This document shows, piece after piece, positions 29,878-39,734 of a stretch of DNA of 64,000 nt; position 1 is the stretch's first letter, and the number at the start of each line of letters is the position of its first letter. The stretch is taken from NCBI GenBank assembly GCA_964291215.2, contig OZ219791.1, forward strand, positions 2,080,001-2,144,000, written 5' to 3'. The notes under the pieces were generated by a model. It was not told where the DNA came from, searched no databases, and was given only the letters and a program-made list of their open reading frames with translations. This stretch comes from Alphaproteobacteria bacterium (GTDB lineage Bacteria; Pseudomonadota; Alphaproteobacteria; MPNO01; UBA830). A program made the position numbers and the translations under genes.

Positions 29878-31588
29878 CCGGAGCGGATCCGGCCGCATGC
29901 CATCGGATTCCGCTGGCAGCAGGAGCAGGAAGGGTGGACGCCTTCCGAAGGGGCGCCGGACCGATTCAGCGGCGCTTGAAGGCGTCCGGAAGCTGCTCGG
30001 TAGCATGCCGCGCAGCCGCGACATGCTGATCGAGGCGATGCATCTCGTGCAGGACGCGCTCCGCTGCCTGCCGCCCGATCATCTGGCCGCGCTTGCACAG
30101 GAGTTTCAGCTCTCGCTGGCCGAAGTCTACGAGACCGCGACCTTCTATCACCACTTCGATGTTCTTGCCGACGGCGAGGAGTTACCTCCCGAGATCACGG
30201 TGCGGGTCTGCAGTTCGATCGCCTGCGAACTCGCGGGTTCGGCGCAGCTCCTTGCTGGGCTGCGAGATCGCTTCGGCACCGCTGTCCGCATCCTGCCTGC
30301 GCCCTGTATGGGGGCCTGCGACCACGCGCCTGTGGTGGCAGTCGGACGCAACCAGGTGGCCAATGCCGATGTCGCGGGCGTCGGCGAAGCCGTCCGGGCC
30401 GGTGCCACGGCCCCGGTCCTTCCCGAGAGCAGGGGGTACGCCGCCTACGCCGCCGAAGGGGGCTACCGCCTCGCCAGAGACTGCTTTGGCGGACGCCGCA
30501 CCCGCGAAGACGTGATGGATGCGCTTGCCGGGTCGGGCCTGCGCGGCCTCGGAGGTGCAGGGTTCCCGACCGGCCGCAAGTGGCAGATCGTTGCCGGCTT
30601 TCCCGGACCGAGGATGATGGCCGTCAACGCGGACGAGGGAGAGCCGGGAACCTTCAAGGACCGGCATTTCATGGAGACCGATCCGCACCGCTTTCTCGAG
30701 GGCGTCCTCGTCGGCATGTGGGCTGTCGAGGCCGAGGCCTGCTACATCTACCTGCGCGACGAATATCCGGCAGTGCGCGAGATCCTGCTTCACGCGATGG
30801 CGGAGCTGGAGCGCGCGGGGCTGTGCGCACCGCATGCGCTTCATCTCCGCCGGGGCGCCGGCGCCTATATCTGCGGCGAGGAATCGGCGATGCTCGAGAG
30901 CATCGAGGGCAAGCGCGGCCTGCCGCGGCACAGACCGCCCTTTGCGGCCGAGGTCGGCCTCTTCGGCCGTCCGACCCTCGTGAACAATGTCGAGACCCTG
31001 TTCTGGGTACGGGACATACTGGAAAAGGGGACGGGATGGTTCGCCGGCCACGGCCGCCACGGCCGCAGCGGGATCAGGACGTTTTCGGTGTCGGGACGAG
31101 TGCGCGAGCCTGGCGTGAAGATCGCCGAGGCCGGGATTACCGCCGCCGAACTGATTGAGGAACATTGCGGCGGCATGGCTGATGGGCACCGCTTCAAAGG
31201 CTATCTGCCGGGCGGCGCATCGGGCGGCATCATGCCGGCTGCCAAGGCTGATGTTCCGCTTGATTTCGGAACGCTTGAGGAACATGGTTGCCTGATCGGA
31301 TCCGCGGCCGTTGTAGTGCTGTCGGACCAGGACAGCGCGGCAGACGCCGCTCTCAACCTGATGCGTTTCTTTGCAGACGAATCCTGCGGACAGTGCACGC
31401 CGTGCCGTGCGGGGTGCGAAAAGGCGGTTGACCTGATGGAAAGCGCCGACTGGGACCGGCCGCTCCTCGAAGAACTTGGCCGGGTGATGACGGATGCCTC
31501 GATCTGCGGTCTCGGGCAGGCGGCGCCCAACGGCATGCTGTCGGTCTTCCGGGACTTTCCCGAGGACGTGCCGCGGGTGTCGGAATGA
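29870..31588 (+). CDS. NAD-dependent formate dehydrogenase beta subunit (NuoE-NuoF-like fusion)
   Basis: ATFYHHF, 2Fe-2S Cys, LRGLGGAGFPTG, NADEGEPGTFKD, GAYICGEESA, ESCGQCTPCR, SICGLG. Confidence 0.92.
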   Translation: MTDRSGSGRMPSDSAGSRSRKGGRLPKGRRTDSAALEGVRKLLGSMPRSRDMLIEAMHLVQDALRCLPPDHLAALAQEFQLSLAEVYETATFYHHFDVLADGEELPPEITVRVCSSIACELAGSAQLLAGLRDRFGTAVRILPAPCMGACDHAPVVAVGRNQVANADVAGVGEAVRAGATAPVLPESRGYAAYAAEGGYRLARDCFGGRRTREDVMDALAGSGLRGLGGAGFPTGRKWQIVAGFPGPRMMAVNADEGEPGTFKDRHFMETDPHRFLEGVLVGMWAVEAEACYIYLRDEYPAVREILLHAMAELERAGLCAPHALHLRRGAGAYICGEESAMLESIEGKRGLPRHRPPFAAEVGLFGRPTLVNNVETLFWVRDILEKGTGWFAGHGRHGRSGIRTFSVSGRVREPGVKIAEAGITAAELIEEHCGGMADGHRFKGYLPGGASGGIMPAAKADVPLDFGTLEEHGCLIGSAAVVVLSDQDSAADAALNLMRFFADESCGQCTPCRAGCEKAVDLMESADWDRPLLEELGRVMTDASICGLGQAAPNGMLSVFRDFPEDVPRVSE

Positions 31589-34395
31589 CGGCGCAGATGA
31601 CCCGGGAACCGGACTCCGCCGCCGGCGCGAACACGGTCGCGTTCACGCTGGACGGGTGTCAGGTTCTCGCCGGACCCGACGAGACCATCTGGGAGGCGGC
31701 ACGGCGTAGCGGGGTCGAGATACCGCATCTCTGCCACGCGCCGGAGCCCGGCTACCGGCCGGACGGCAACTGCCGCGCCTGCATGGTTGAGATCGAGGGC
31801 GAGCGCGTCCTTGCTGCGTCCTGCATCCGCCGCCCGGCGGAAGACATGGTCGTCAGCACCGAGAGTGCGCGCGCGTCGTTCTCTCGTCGGATGGTATTCG
31901 AACTTCTCGTCGCTGATCAACCGCCGCGTGAGCGCGCGCATGACGCCGGATCGAGATTCTGGGACTGGGCAGACAGGATCGGCGTACGAGACAGTCGGTT
32001 TGCCGCGAGAGAGCCGATCGAACCGGACCTCTCGCATCCCGCGATGGCGGTCAATCTCGATGCCTGCATAAACTGCACATTGTGCGTCCGCGCATGCCGC
32101 GAGGTGCAGGTCAACGACGTCATTGGAATGGCCCGCCGCGGCGCGGAGGCGCAGATCGTCTTCGATTTTGACGATCCGATGGCGGCGAGCAGCTGCGTCG
32201 GCTGCGGCGAATGTGTCCAGGCCTGCCCCACGGGGGCGCTGCTGCCAGCCGCGGTGGCGTCCACGGAAGGACGTGTCACCGCCGACCGGTCGGTCGAATC
32301 GCTGTGCCCGTATTGCGGTGTCGGCTGCCAGTTGACCCTTCATGTGAAGGATGACCGGCTGCTCTTTGTCGACGGCAGGAACGGCCCGTCAAACCGCAAC
32401 AGGCTCTGCGTCAAGGGCCGGTTCGGTTTTGACTACATCCATCATCCGGACAGGCTGGTCACGCCGCTGATACGGCGCACCGGCGTGCCGAAGGATCTCC
32501 AACTGCCGGTCGGTCCGGACAAAGTGTCGGACGTGTTTCGCGAAGCGAGTTGGGAGGAAGCACTCGATGCGGCCGCCGCCGGCCTGCAGAAGGTGATCGC
32601 AGAGCGCGGCGGGTCGGCGCTTGCCGGTTTTGGCTCCGCCAAGGGATCCAACGAGGAGGCCTACCTTTTCCAGAAGCTGGTGCGCACCGGTTTCGGCACC
32701 AATAACGTCGACCACTGCACGCGGCTCTGCCATGCGTCGTCGGTGGCCGCCCTGATGGAAACCGTGAATTCCGGCGCCGTGTCCGTACCCTTCGGCGAGT
32801 GCGAAAATGCCGAGGTGATCATCGTCATCGGGGCCAATCCCGCTGCGAACCACCCGGTGGCGGCGACCTTCTTCAAGAATGCTGTCAGGAAGGGTTCGAC
32901 GCTGATCGTCATTGACCCGCAGGGCCAGTCGCTGGCGAGGCACGCGGCCCATGTGCTCGCCTTCAAGCCCGGCACCGACGTCGCGCTTCTCAACGCGATG
33001 CTGCACACGGTCATGGACGAGGATCTGGTCAACCGTGAATTCGTCGATCGCTACACGGAAGGCTTTGCCGCTCTTGAAACTCAGGTGAAGGCATTTCCGC
33101 CGGAGAAAATCGCGGATCTTGTCGGGATCGACGCGACGGAGATTCGGCACGTCGCACGCCTCTACGCGACCGCCCGGAGCAGCATTGTTTTCTGGGGTAT
33201 GGGCATCTCCCAGCATGTTCACGGCACCGACAATGCGCGTTGCCTGATATCGCTCGCGCTGCTGACCGGACAGATCGGCCGTCCCGGGACCGGGCTTCAT
33301 CCGCTTCGCGGGCAGAACAACGTGCAGGGTGCATCGGATGCCGGCCTCATTCCCATGGTCTATCCAGACTACCAGGCCGTCGATGACGACGCGACACGGG
33401 CCGAGTTCGAGAGGCTGTGGCGGTCGGAACTGAGACCGGAGCCCGGCCTCACGGTGGTCGAGATCATGAATGCTATACGCGGCGGCGAGATCCGAGCCAT
33501 GTACGTCATGGGCGAGAATCCGGCGATGTCGGATCCCGACCTCCACCATGCGCGCGCAGCGCTGGCATCGCTTGAACATCTCGTCGTGCAGGACCTGTTC
33601 CTGACCGAGACCGCGGCCTATGCCGATGTCGTCCTGCCCGCCAGCGGGTTTCCCGAGAAGGACGGTAGCTTCACCAATACCAACCGCCAGGTCCAGATCG
33701 GCCGCAAGGCACTGCCGCTGCCGGGCGAAGCGCGCCAGGACCTGTGGATCATCCAGGAGTTGGCTCGCCGCCTCGGGCTTGACTGGACTTATGGCGGTCC
33801 GTCCGACGTGTTTGAGGAAATGAGGCAATGCATGCCGTCCATCCGGGGGATATCGTGGGAACGGCTGGTACGCGAGGACTCCGTGACCTATCCCGTTGAG
33901 CGCGAGGACCAGCCTGGGCAGGAGATCATCTTCACGGACGGGTTTCCGACCGCGAGCGGGCGCGGTCGGTTCGTGCCGGCAGAGCTGACCCAGCCGGATG
34001 AGATCCCCGATGACGACTATCCTCTCATATTGACGACCGGGCGGTTGCTCGAACACTGGCACACCGGTGCAATGACCCGCCGTTCGCAGGTGCTTGACCG
34101 CATTGAGCCGGAAGCGACGGCGGCCCTCGCGCCGGCTGAACTTGCCGAACACGGACTGCAGGTCGGCGATCCGGTCTGCGTCGAGACGCGGCGCGGCGCC
34201 ATCGAGCTCAAGGTGCGGGCCGACGGGAACGTTCCTAAAGGGATGGTTTTCATACCGTTCTGCTATGTCGAGGCTGCCGCCAACCTGCTTACCAACCCGG
34301 CTCTGGATCCGGTCGGCAAGATCCCGGAGTTCAAGTATTGCGCCGCGCGCCTCACCGCAGCCGGAACAGGAAAGGTAACTGCGCGTCCCTGCTGA
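31585..34395 (+). CDS. fdhF: Formate dehydrogenase alpha subunit (Mo/W-bisPGD, Cys ligand)
   Basis: N-terminal Fe-S clusters, CPYCGVGC, NNVDHCTRLCHASS, LRGQNNVQG, LTTGRLLEHWHTG, IPEFKYCA. Confidence 0.95.
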   Translation: MTAQMTREPDSAAGANTVAFTLDGCQVLAGPDETIWEAARRSGVEIPHLCHAPEPGYRPDGNCRACMVEIEGERVLAASCIRRPAEDMVVSTESARASFSRRMVFELLVADQPPRERAHDAGSRFWDWADRIGVRDSRFAAREPIEPDLSHPAMAVNLDACINCTLCVRACREVQVNDVIGMARRGAEAQIVFDFDDPMAASSCVGCGECVQACPTGALLPAAVASTEGRVTADRSVESLCPYCGVGCQLTLHVKDDRLLFVDGRNGPSNRNRLCVKGRFGFDYIHHPDRLVTPLIRRTGVPKDLQLPVGPDKVSDVFREASWEEALDAAAAGLQKVIAERGGSALAGFGSAKGSNEEAYLFQKLVRTGFGTNNVDHCTRLCHASSVAALMETVNSGAVSVPFGECENAEVIIVIGANPAANHPVAATFFKNAVRKGSTLIVIDPQGQSLARHAAHVLAFKPGTDVALLNAMLHTVMDEDLVNREFVDRYTEGFAALETQVKAFPPEKIADLVGIDATEIRHVARLYATARSSIVFWGMGISQHVHGTDNARCLISLALLTGQIGRPGTGLHPLRGQNNVQGASDAGLIPMVYPDYQAVDDDATRAEFERLWRSELRPEPGLTVVEIMNAIRGGEIRAMYVMGENPAMSDPDLHHARAALASLEHLVVQDLFLTETAAYADVVLPASGFPEKDGSFTNTNRQVQIGRKALPLPGEARQDLWIIQELARRLGLDWTYGGPSDVFEEMRQCMPSIRGISWERLVREDSVTYPVEREDQPGQEIIFTDGFPTASGRGRFVPAELTQPDEIPDDDYPLILTTGRLLEHWHTGAMTRRSQVLDRIEPEATAALAPAELAEHGLQVGDPVCVETRRGAIELKVRADGNVPKGMVFIPFCYVEAAANLLTNPALDPVGKIPEFKYCAARLTAAGTGKVTARPC

Positions 34396-34499
34396 TCATT
34401 GATCGTTTGTGTCTGCTCGCGCGCCTCTGGACCGAGCTCCAGCCACGCCTAGACCGCCTTCTCCGCCAGTTCCTCGCAAGGCGCCTCGTGCACGCTGCC

Positions 34500-35200
34500 G
34501 CCCCGCAGTTCCACCGCTTCGACTGGATCGCCCGCACCACCGCGTTCACTGCCTTGCGCAGGTCCTGATTACGTTGTCGGCGGATGTCGTTCATGACCGC
34601 CGTCGTCATCCCCGCCTGCTGCAACAGCCGGAAGGGCTCACCCGCCTTCACCGCGCAAAGCTGGCCTTGGTCGCCCACCAGCACCCCGCCCCAGCCTGCC
34701 CCGGGCTTGATCCCATATGAGGCGTGTGCGCTGTTGTGCCCATATCCCTGTCACGCGCGGGCGCCTAGTCGCGGGATCGTAGCCCCGCGTCTGCAACATC
34801 GTCTCCTCGATCCAGTCGAGCGCCGCTCGCACCGCCTTGTCGTGGCAGCGCAGCACCGACCGGTCGCCGCGCGGATGCCTCTCCGTCGGCAGCGCCGCCA
34901 GCACCACCGACTTCGGTGCCGAAAACGTGATGTCGAAACCCGGGCAGTGCTCGTGCCTGCCCTCCCGCCTGCGCCACGGACGGATGTCCGTCCCGCGAAC
35001 ATGGCCCTGCAGGCGCCTCCCGAACGCGCCTGCCGCAACCTTCGACCCGGCTTGAGTTCCACCGCAGCCGCCGCCTGTCCGTGCCATGCGCTCGCCTGGC
35101 GGTGCTCCTCCGCCTTCGCGCGCACCGCCTCACGGTCGCCGCCGGCCGTCACATGGTCGCCGCCCTCCTTGAGGAAAGTACGCCGCCGTCGATGATGACG
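34500..35200 (-). pseudogene. MobF/TrwC relaxase-helicase remnants
   Basis: SAWHGQAAA, GFDITFSAPKSV, HDKAVRAAL..E (relaxase) and LVGDQGQL..V.AGEPFRLLQQAGM.TA.M.DIRRQ (helicase). Confidence 0.8.
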
Positions 35201-35537
35201 ACGTCAGATTGCGGACACGCGCGACCATGGACCGGTATCATATGGAGATTCCACGAAACCGGAGAGGACCGGATCGGGGCCCGACGGGCACGGTCATCGG
35301 CCACCGCAGGATGGCCGGGTCGTCCGAATCCCCCATGACGGGACGCCGGTAAAACCCCTGAGCGTTTCCCGATCGCGAGGAGAGCGGACGCTTGCGGCGG
35401 CTGCCGGGGTAGGTTAGCGTTTCGGCTTGAGATGCCTTCATGCCCTGCTATGGAGGCCCGTACTACTTAGGGGAGAGCGCGATGACCCAAGATATTTCCC
35501 GGACCGGCGCCGCCGGCGACGACACGCTGACGGGCGG

Positions 35538-36161
35538 GTGCGCCAGGTTAACTGGCAGGATGTCGCCGGGTGAAAGTCCCGGCAGGAAGAGAGGCTAACC
35601 ACCACTTCCGCCGTGAACCATGCGTCGGACATCGCGAGGCGAAGCGTTGGGGAGCGGCAGGCGCGGGCCGGGCTATTGGGCCAGGAGATGTAGTGAAACC
35701 GGAGTGCCGAGGTTGTCCACAAGGCCGAAGGCAACACCCTGCGGGCCGAGATGGTGAGGCGAGCGGGGGGCTCCGCGGGGTCTGAGAACCATGGCACACG
35801 CTGAAAGTCTACCGGGACGTGGGAGGTCTTTCAAACGCCCCACTGTCGTAGAGCAGCCGCAGAGAAAAGGGACTATTCCGTAACCCGATGATGAATGATT
35901 TGAAGAAGTCAGATTCGGCCATGGTACCGTCGAAGGCGGCGAACAAGGGTTCTTCGGAGCCTGCGGAGTTGCTGGAGGGAAGGCCAATGCAGTTGGCCAA
36001 GGCCCGCGCCGCGCGCAGAAGCGGGAAAGCGGGTTACAGGTGGTCGAGCGCATACGACAGATCAGCGTCTTGTCGTCAGGACCTGAGGGAGGAGCCAGAT
36101 GCGAACAGCGCCCGTCCGGATCTGTGCGGGGGACCGGGGAAACCCGGTTCCCTACCGCGAT
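35538..36161 (+). mobile_element. Complete ORF-less group II intron A (624 nt)
   Basis: 5' GTGCGCCAGG, GGGTGAAAGTCCC, GAAGGCAACA, DV GAGCCAGATGCG..GTCCGGATCTG, 3' CCCTACCGCGAT; IEP collapsed to VERIRQ joined to QRLVVRT. Confidence 0.88.
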
Positions 36162-36214
36162 AACTGCAAGCTCGGTAGCCGATGTGGACTTTCTCGCCAT
36201 GAATCCCGGCAGTT

Positions 36215-36380
36215 CGGACGATGACACGCTGGAGGCCCGTGATCTCGCCCCTGCGGCAGCCGGACAACAACATCACCGCGGGCGGCGGCGTGGTTCATGA
36301 TTTGCCGCAAGGTGTCGAGGACGCGGTTGGCGCCGCCCCGGCATCCGACCTCCGCGCAATCGCCACGCCGTCTGATCGCA
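36215..36380 (-). pseudogene. Tyrosine integrase fragment
   Basis: MLLSGCRRGEITGL catalytic-Arg motif only. Confidence 0.55.
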
Positions 36381-36560
36381 GAATGTGTTACACATCGAGC
36401 CCTCCGATGCCTCTCTCACGCCTCTGTCCGAGCCCCGCGCGACATTCCTCTCTTCTAACCCAATGTCCCGCCGAGGCTCGAGCAATATGCCTTTTGCTCG
36501 AGACCTGTCTAGCTGCGTTCTGGTTGTCCTATCCCTGTATTGCTATCTAGGAGCAACACG

Positions 36561-37256
36561 ATGGTCGATCGCCTCATCAGGAAATGCGACTTTGGTATAG
36601 AAGCGGAATTTGCCAAGTCTGCCTTCAATCTCCAGCGCGCTGACTCCGATCTGCATACCACGGTCGTCTCTGCTTTCGCCCCTTTCTGCCGGATTCGTGC
36701 TGACGATATCCGGATTGAGACTGACACGTTGCCTCTCAGCAATGCCAATGTCGTCTATGACCTAGCTGGCTTGGGGGGGTTCGCTCGACTCAATCTCGAC
36801 AAGGCCTTCATTGTATTTTTCAATCCTCATGTCGGTGATGCCACATCCATTACCTCTTTGTCGGAAACCTGCTTGGAGGCAGTTGGGGCCTTCTTGTCAG
36901 CTGTTGAATCCGTAATCCCTGACTGTGCATACGGATCTTTTCAGGTACAATTCATGTGTCACTACGAGCTTATCGACTCGTCCCCAGCGGATCATATTCG
37001 TCAATACGTGTCTCCCCTACAGGACGATACCAATCGGGTCATAGGAAGTGCTGTCACCTATCACCTGGGACCTAAGGGCCCGCAGACCGACGCCTCCATA
37101 GTGCTGGATTTATCCGGTGAATATTCAGATTGTGTTTTCGCAAGAATATCGATTACCTTTGATGCGTCAGGAATATCCTTGGAGGAAATGTTGGGATCTG
37201 TATTTCAACACTGCCGTCGTCTTCTTGCTCTCGTAGGATTGGAATCCAACGAATGA
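36561..37256 (+). CDS. Hypothetical protein (possible TIGR04255-like fold), first gene of low-GC operon
   Basis: AGGAG RBS; intact 231-aa ORF; stop overlaps the next start; family call is weak. Confidence 0.7.
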   Translation: MVDRLIRKCDFGIEAEFAKSAFNLQRADSDLHTTVVSAFAPFCRIRADDIRIETDTLPLSNANVVYDLAGLGGFARLNLDKAFIVFFNPHVGDATSITSLSETCLEAVGAFLSAVESVIPDCAYGSFQVQFMCHYELIDSSPADHIRQYVSPLQDDTNRVIGSAVTYHLGPKGPQTDASIVLDLSGEYSDCVFARISITFDASGISLEEMLGSVFQHCRRLLALVGLESNE

Positions 37257-38065
37257 TGAGAGATTTTTCTTCGTTCTACCAGGCGAACCCCCAACGATCC
37301 GGTGCGAGACGGTCTATCCCGATCTCGCGTGACCGACATCGTTACCCAGACATATTCGTATCCAATACAAACGTCTCGGACAATTTGCCCAGGAATTGGG
37401 ATTTTTTCTTTGAACACCTTGCACCTGTTTATCGCAAAGGGCCTTCACTTTATTACTATTACGAAAGACCTGAGATTCGCCAACAAGCGCCAAGTGAGAA
37501 TTTGTCCCAGGCACTGAGGGGAGAGGCTCTCACGGTCAATTTGACTAACTTGAGAGAACTGGCAGACGTTTTCACGCTGCGGCAACGTCTTGTGGTTGGC
37601 GGTTTCACAGTTCCGGTTGATCTGGTTTCGAGACAGGTTGCTTCTTGTACGCAGGGCCCGGCACGATCTGTCATGGAGCGCCCAGTCGGCGCCACTACTC
37701 TCCCAGTAGTGGTATTGGAGAAGGCTAAAATGCTCCTTGGGGAGAATAACGTTCAAGAGGCTGTTTGCGTCCTCCGATCGGGAGTTGAGCAGTTTCCGGA
37801 TGATTTGAGAATAGCTGACCTACTGCGGATCATTTCGCCCCAAGGCAGGCCTAGGAAGGTCAACATGGTTATCAAGAGTTGCCAGGAGGAAACGTCCTGG
37901 ATCAAAACGCATGGTAGAAAATACAGAGGCAAGTGGATCGCATTAGATGGTAGTGAATTAGTTTCTTTCTCCGATACGCTCAGGCAGTTGCTGGAGAACG
38001 TAGATCGCAAATCGGAAGAAGAGGGAATGCCGTTGATTCAGTATGTAGAGTCGGGGGCTGGCTAG
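37253..38065 (+). CDS. Hypothetical protein with TPR-like helix pair and C-terminal DUF5678 domain
   Basis: EAVCVLRSGVEQFPDD; WIKTHGRKYRGKWIALDGSELVSFSDT. Confidence 0.7.
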   Translation: MMRDFSSFYQANPQRSGARRSIPISRDRHRYPDIFVSNTNVSDNLPRNWDFFFEHLAPVYRKGPSLYYYYERPEIRQQAPSENLSQALRGEALTVNLTNLRELADVFTLRQRLVVGGFTVPVDLVSRQVASCTQGPARSVMERPVGATTLPVVVLEKAKMLLGENNVQEAVCVLRSGVEQFPDDLRIADLLRIISPQGRPRKVNMVIKSCQEETSWIKTHGRKYRGKWIALDGSELVSFSDTLRQLLENVDRKSEEEGMPLIQYVESGAG

Positions 38066-38067
38066 GT

Positions 38068-38505
38068 ATGCTGGAGCTGGATGGCGAGCCATTTGTATGT
38101 GGTGTATCCGGGTACTTTGAGGAAGACCCGACGTTAGCCTCAGGGCAAACGTCAGTTTACGTGAGCGTACTACTTCATGGAGACCGGGATATTCGAACCT
38201 TGGCCCGAGTCGATCCGGCCACCCCGTGGGTGGTCCTTAACTCGGAGATCAACGAACAAATAGGTCTCAAAGGAAGTTCGGAGACAGTGACCCTGCACAC
38301 CGTGGCAGGAGTTAAGGGGGGCAGCCTGGAAAGATGTCGGATTACCCTTGTGGCTGAGCGGGGGTGTGGTCTGGAGGTGGATGCAACGGTGTTTGTTTGC
38401 GATGACTGGACGCGAGGCAATTTCTTGGGTTACTCGGGACTGCTGTCCCGAATTCGGTTTGCGTTGGACCCGCAGGATCTCAAGTTTTATTTCGGTCTTG
38501 CTTGA
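38068..38505 (+). CDS. Retropepsin-like (clan AA) aspartyl protease homolog
   Basis: ARVDPATPWVVL (DTG-like), ..IGL, GNFLGYSGLLSRIRFALDP; 145 aa. Confidence 0.7.
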   Translation: MLELDGEPFVCGVSGYFEEDPTLASGQTSVYVSVLLHGDRDIRTLARVDPATPWVVLNSEINEQIGLKGSSETVTLHTVAGVKGGSLERCRITLVAERGCGLEVDATVFVCDDWTRGNFLGYSGLLSRIRFALDPQDLKFYFGLA

Positions 38506-38659
38506 TGGAAGTGCCGGGAGGGTGGGGGCTCCGGCTACCGGAGGTCGGTCCAACGCAGGGGCCGCGCGGTTACCCCTGTTGTGACGCGAGGTTTTGGTGG
38601 TTATCTCCAGCACGCGGTGCGCCGGTCTCCATGGGCGCATGACGCAGGATCGAAGTAAG

Positions 38660-39734
38660 GACTCTCGCCATAATGAATTGATCATTGTGTCCGTGGTGTG
38701 AGGGTGTAGTTCCACTCGCCGTGGAACGGGTCTCTGCGGATGGCGAGGCCGTCCATCTGATCGTCGCTGACCTTGACCCCGAGCGGATAGCTGTTCTCGT
38801 CGAGGTCCGAGCGTATGGTGAGGCCGGTGGTGGTCGCGGCGATCAGCTTGACGATCACCTGGTAGCTGACGAGGGGCCGGCCGCGCCAGTTCTGGGTGAT
38901 ATGGCAGAACATCCGGTGCTCAATCTTGTTCTACTTTCCGGGCGGGAAGTGGGCTACCGACACCTTCAACCCGAGTTCGTCGGCGAGGTGCTGCAGCTTC
39001 CACAGCCGGTTGCGGCTGCTGCCGTCGGCGGTGATCAGCAGGCATCGGGACAGACCAGCCGGCCCATCTGCCGCCACCAGGGGCGCAGGGTCTCGACCGC
39101 GAATGCCGCCGTGTCGTGCCCGACGCTGACCCAGCCGGCATTGGCGGTGAGATCGTAGACCCCGCAGGGGATCCGAGCTCCGGATCGGGGAAGTCAGCAC
39201 GTTGACGGCTTCAGGGTCGCCCTTGGGCCGCCATTCCCGGCCGCCATTGCGGTACTGGATTTCCTTCTTCTTGGTGTCACCACAGGCTGGCCCAGCCTCC
39301 GGACCGCGCGCACCCGGCGCGTCGGAACTGCGCATCCCGGGCTGGCGACCTTCCAGCGTCTTGCGGTTGGCCTGAAGGCTGTACCCCGGATCGTGGAGCA
39401 GCCGGTTCACCGTGCGCTCGCTGACGCCCTCGACCGCAAGACGGTCCGCCAGCGGCACTGTGACACCGCAGCGGACTCTCCGGATCGCCGCGCGTCATCG
39501 GTTCAAGCTCGCGCGCCGCCACCAACCCTGGATCCGTTGCGCCCGCCGCCGGGGCGACGCAAACGTCCTGAAGGAATCTCACTCGAAGACTCCGCATCAA
39601 GCTCCTCCGGCGCGAACGGTGCCCATCCCCGTCGCCTCGACCACTCGCCCGATGGCACGGGCCTCCGTCGCCGCCCAAAGGCGCCGCGCGCGTTCGTCCG
39701 GAACCGGACGCAACACCACAAACTTGGATCGCAG
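38660..39734 (-). mobile_element. ISAzo13-family transposase pseudogene
   Basis: DERARRLWAATEA, TRGDPESPL, GYSLQANRKT, DTKKKE, LITADG, HITQNWRGRPL, FHGEWNYT; 5' end abuts IS256 copy 2. Confidence 0.88.

Noticed and set aside
31585-34395. Selenocysteine formate dehydrogenase
   Set aside because: The ORF is uninterrupted and the ligand position is Cys (RLCHAS).
35520-35537. Shared GCTGACG upstream of introns A and C as a common homing site
   Set aside because: The offset from the splice site differs by one base, the putative EBS1 of A pairs poorly and that of C is deleted; not supportable.
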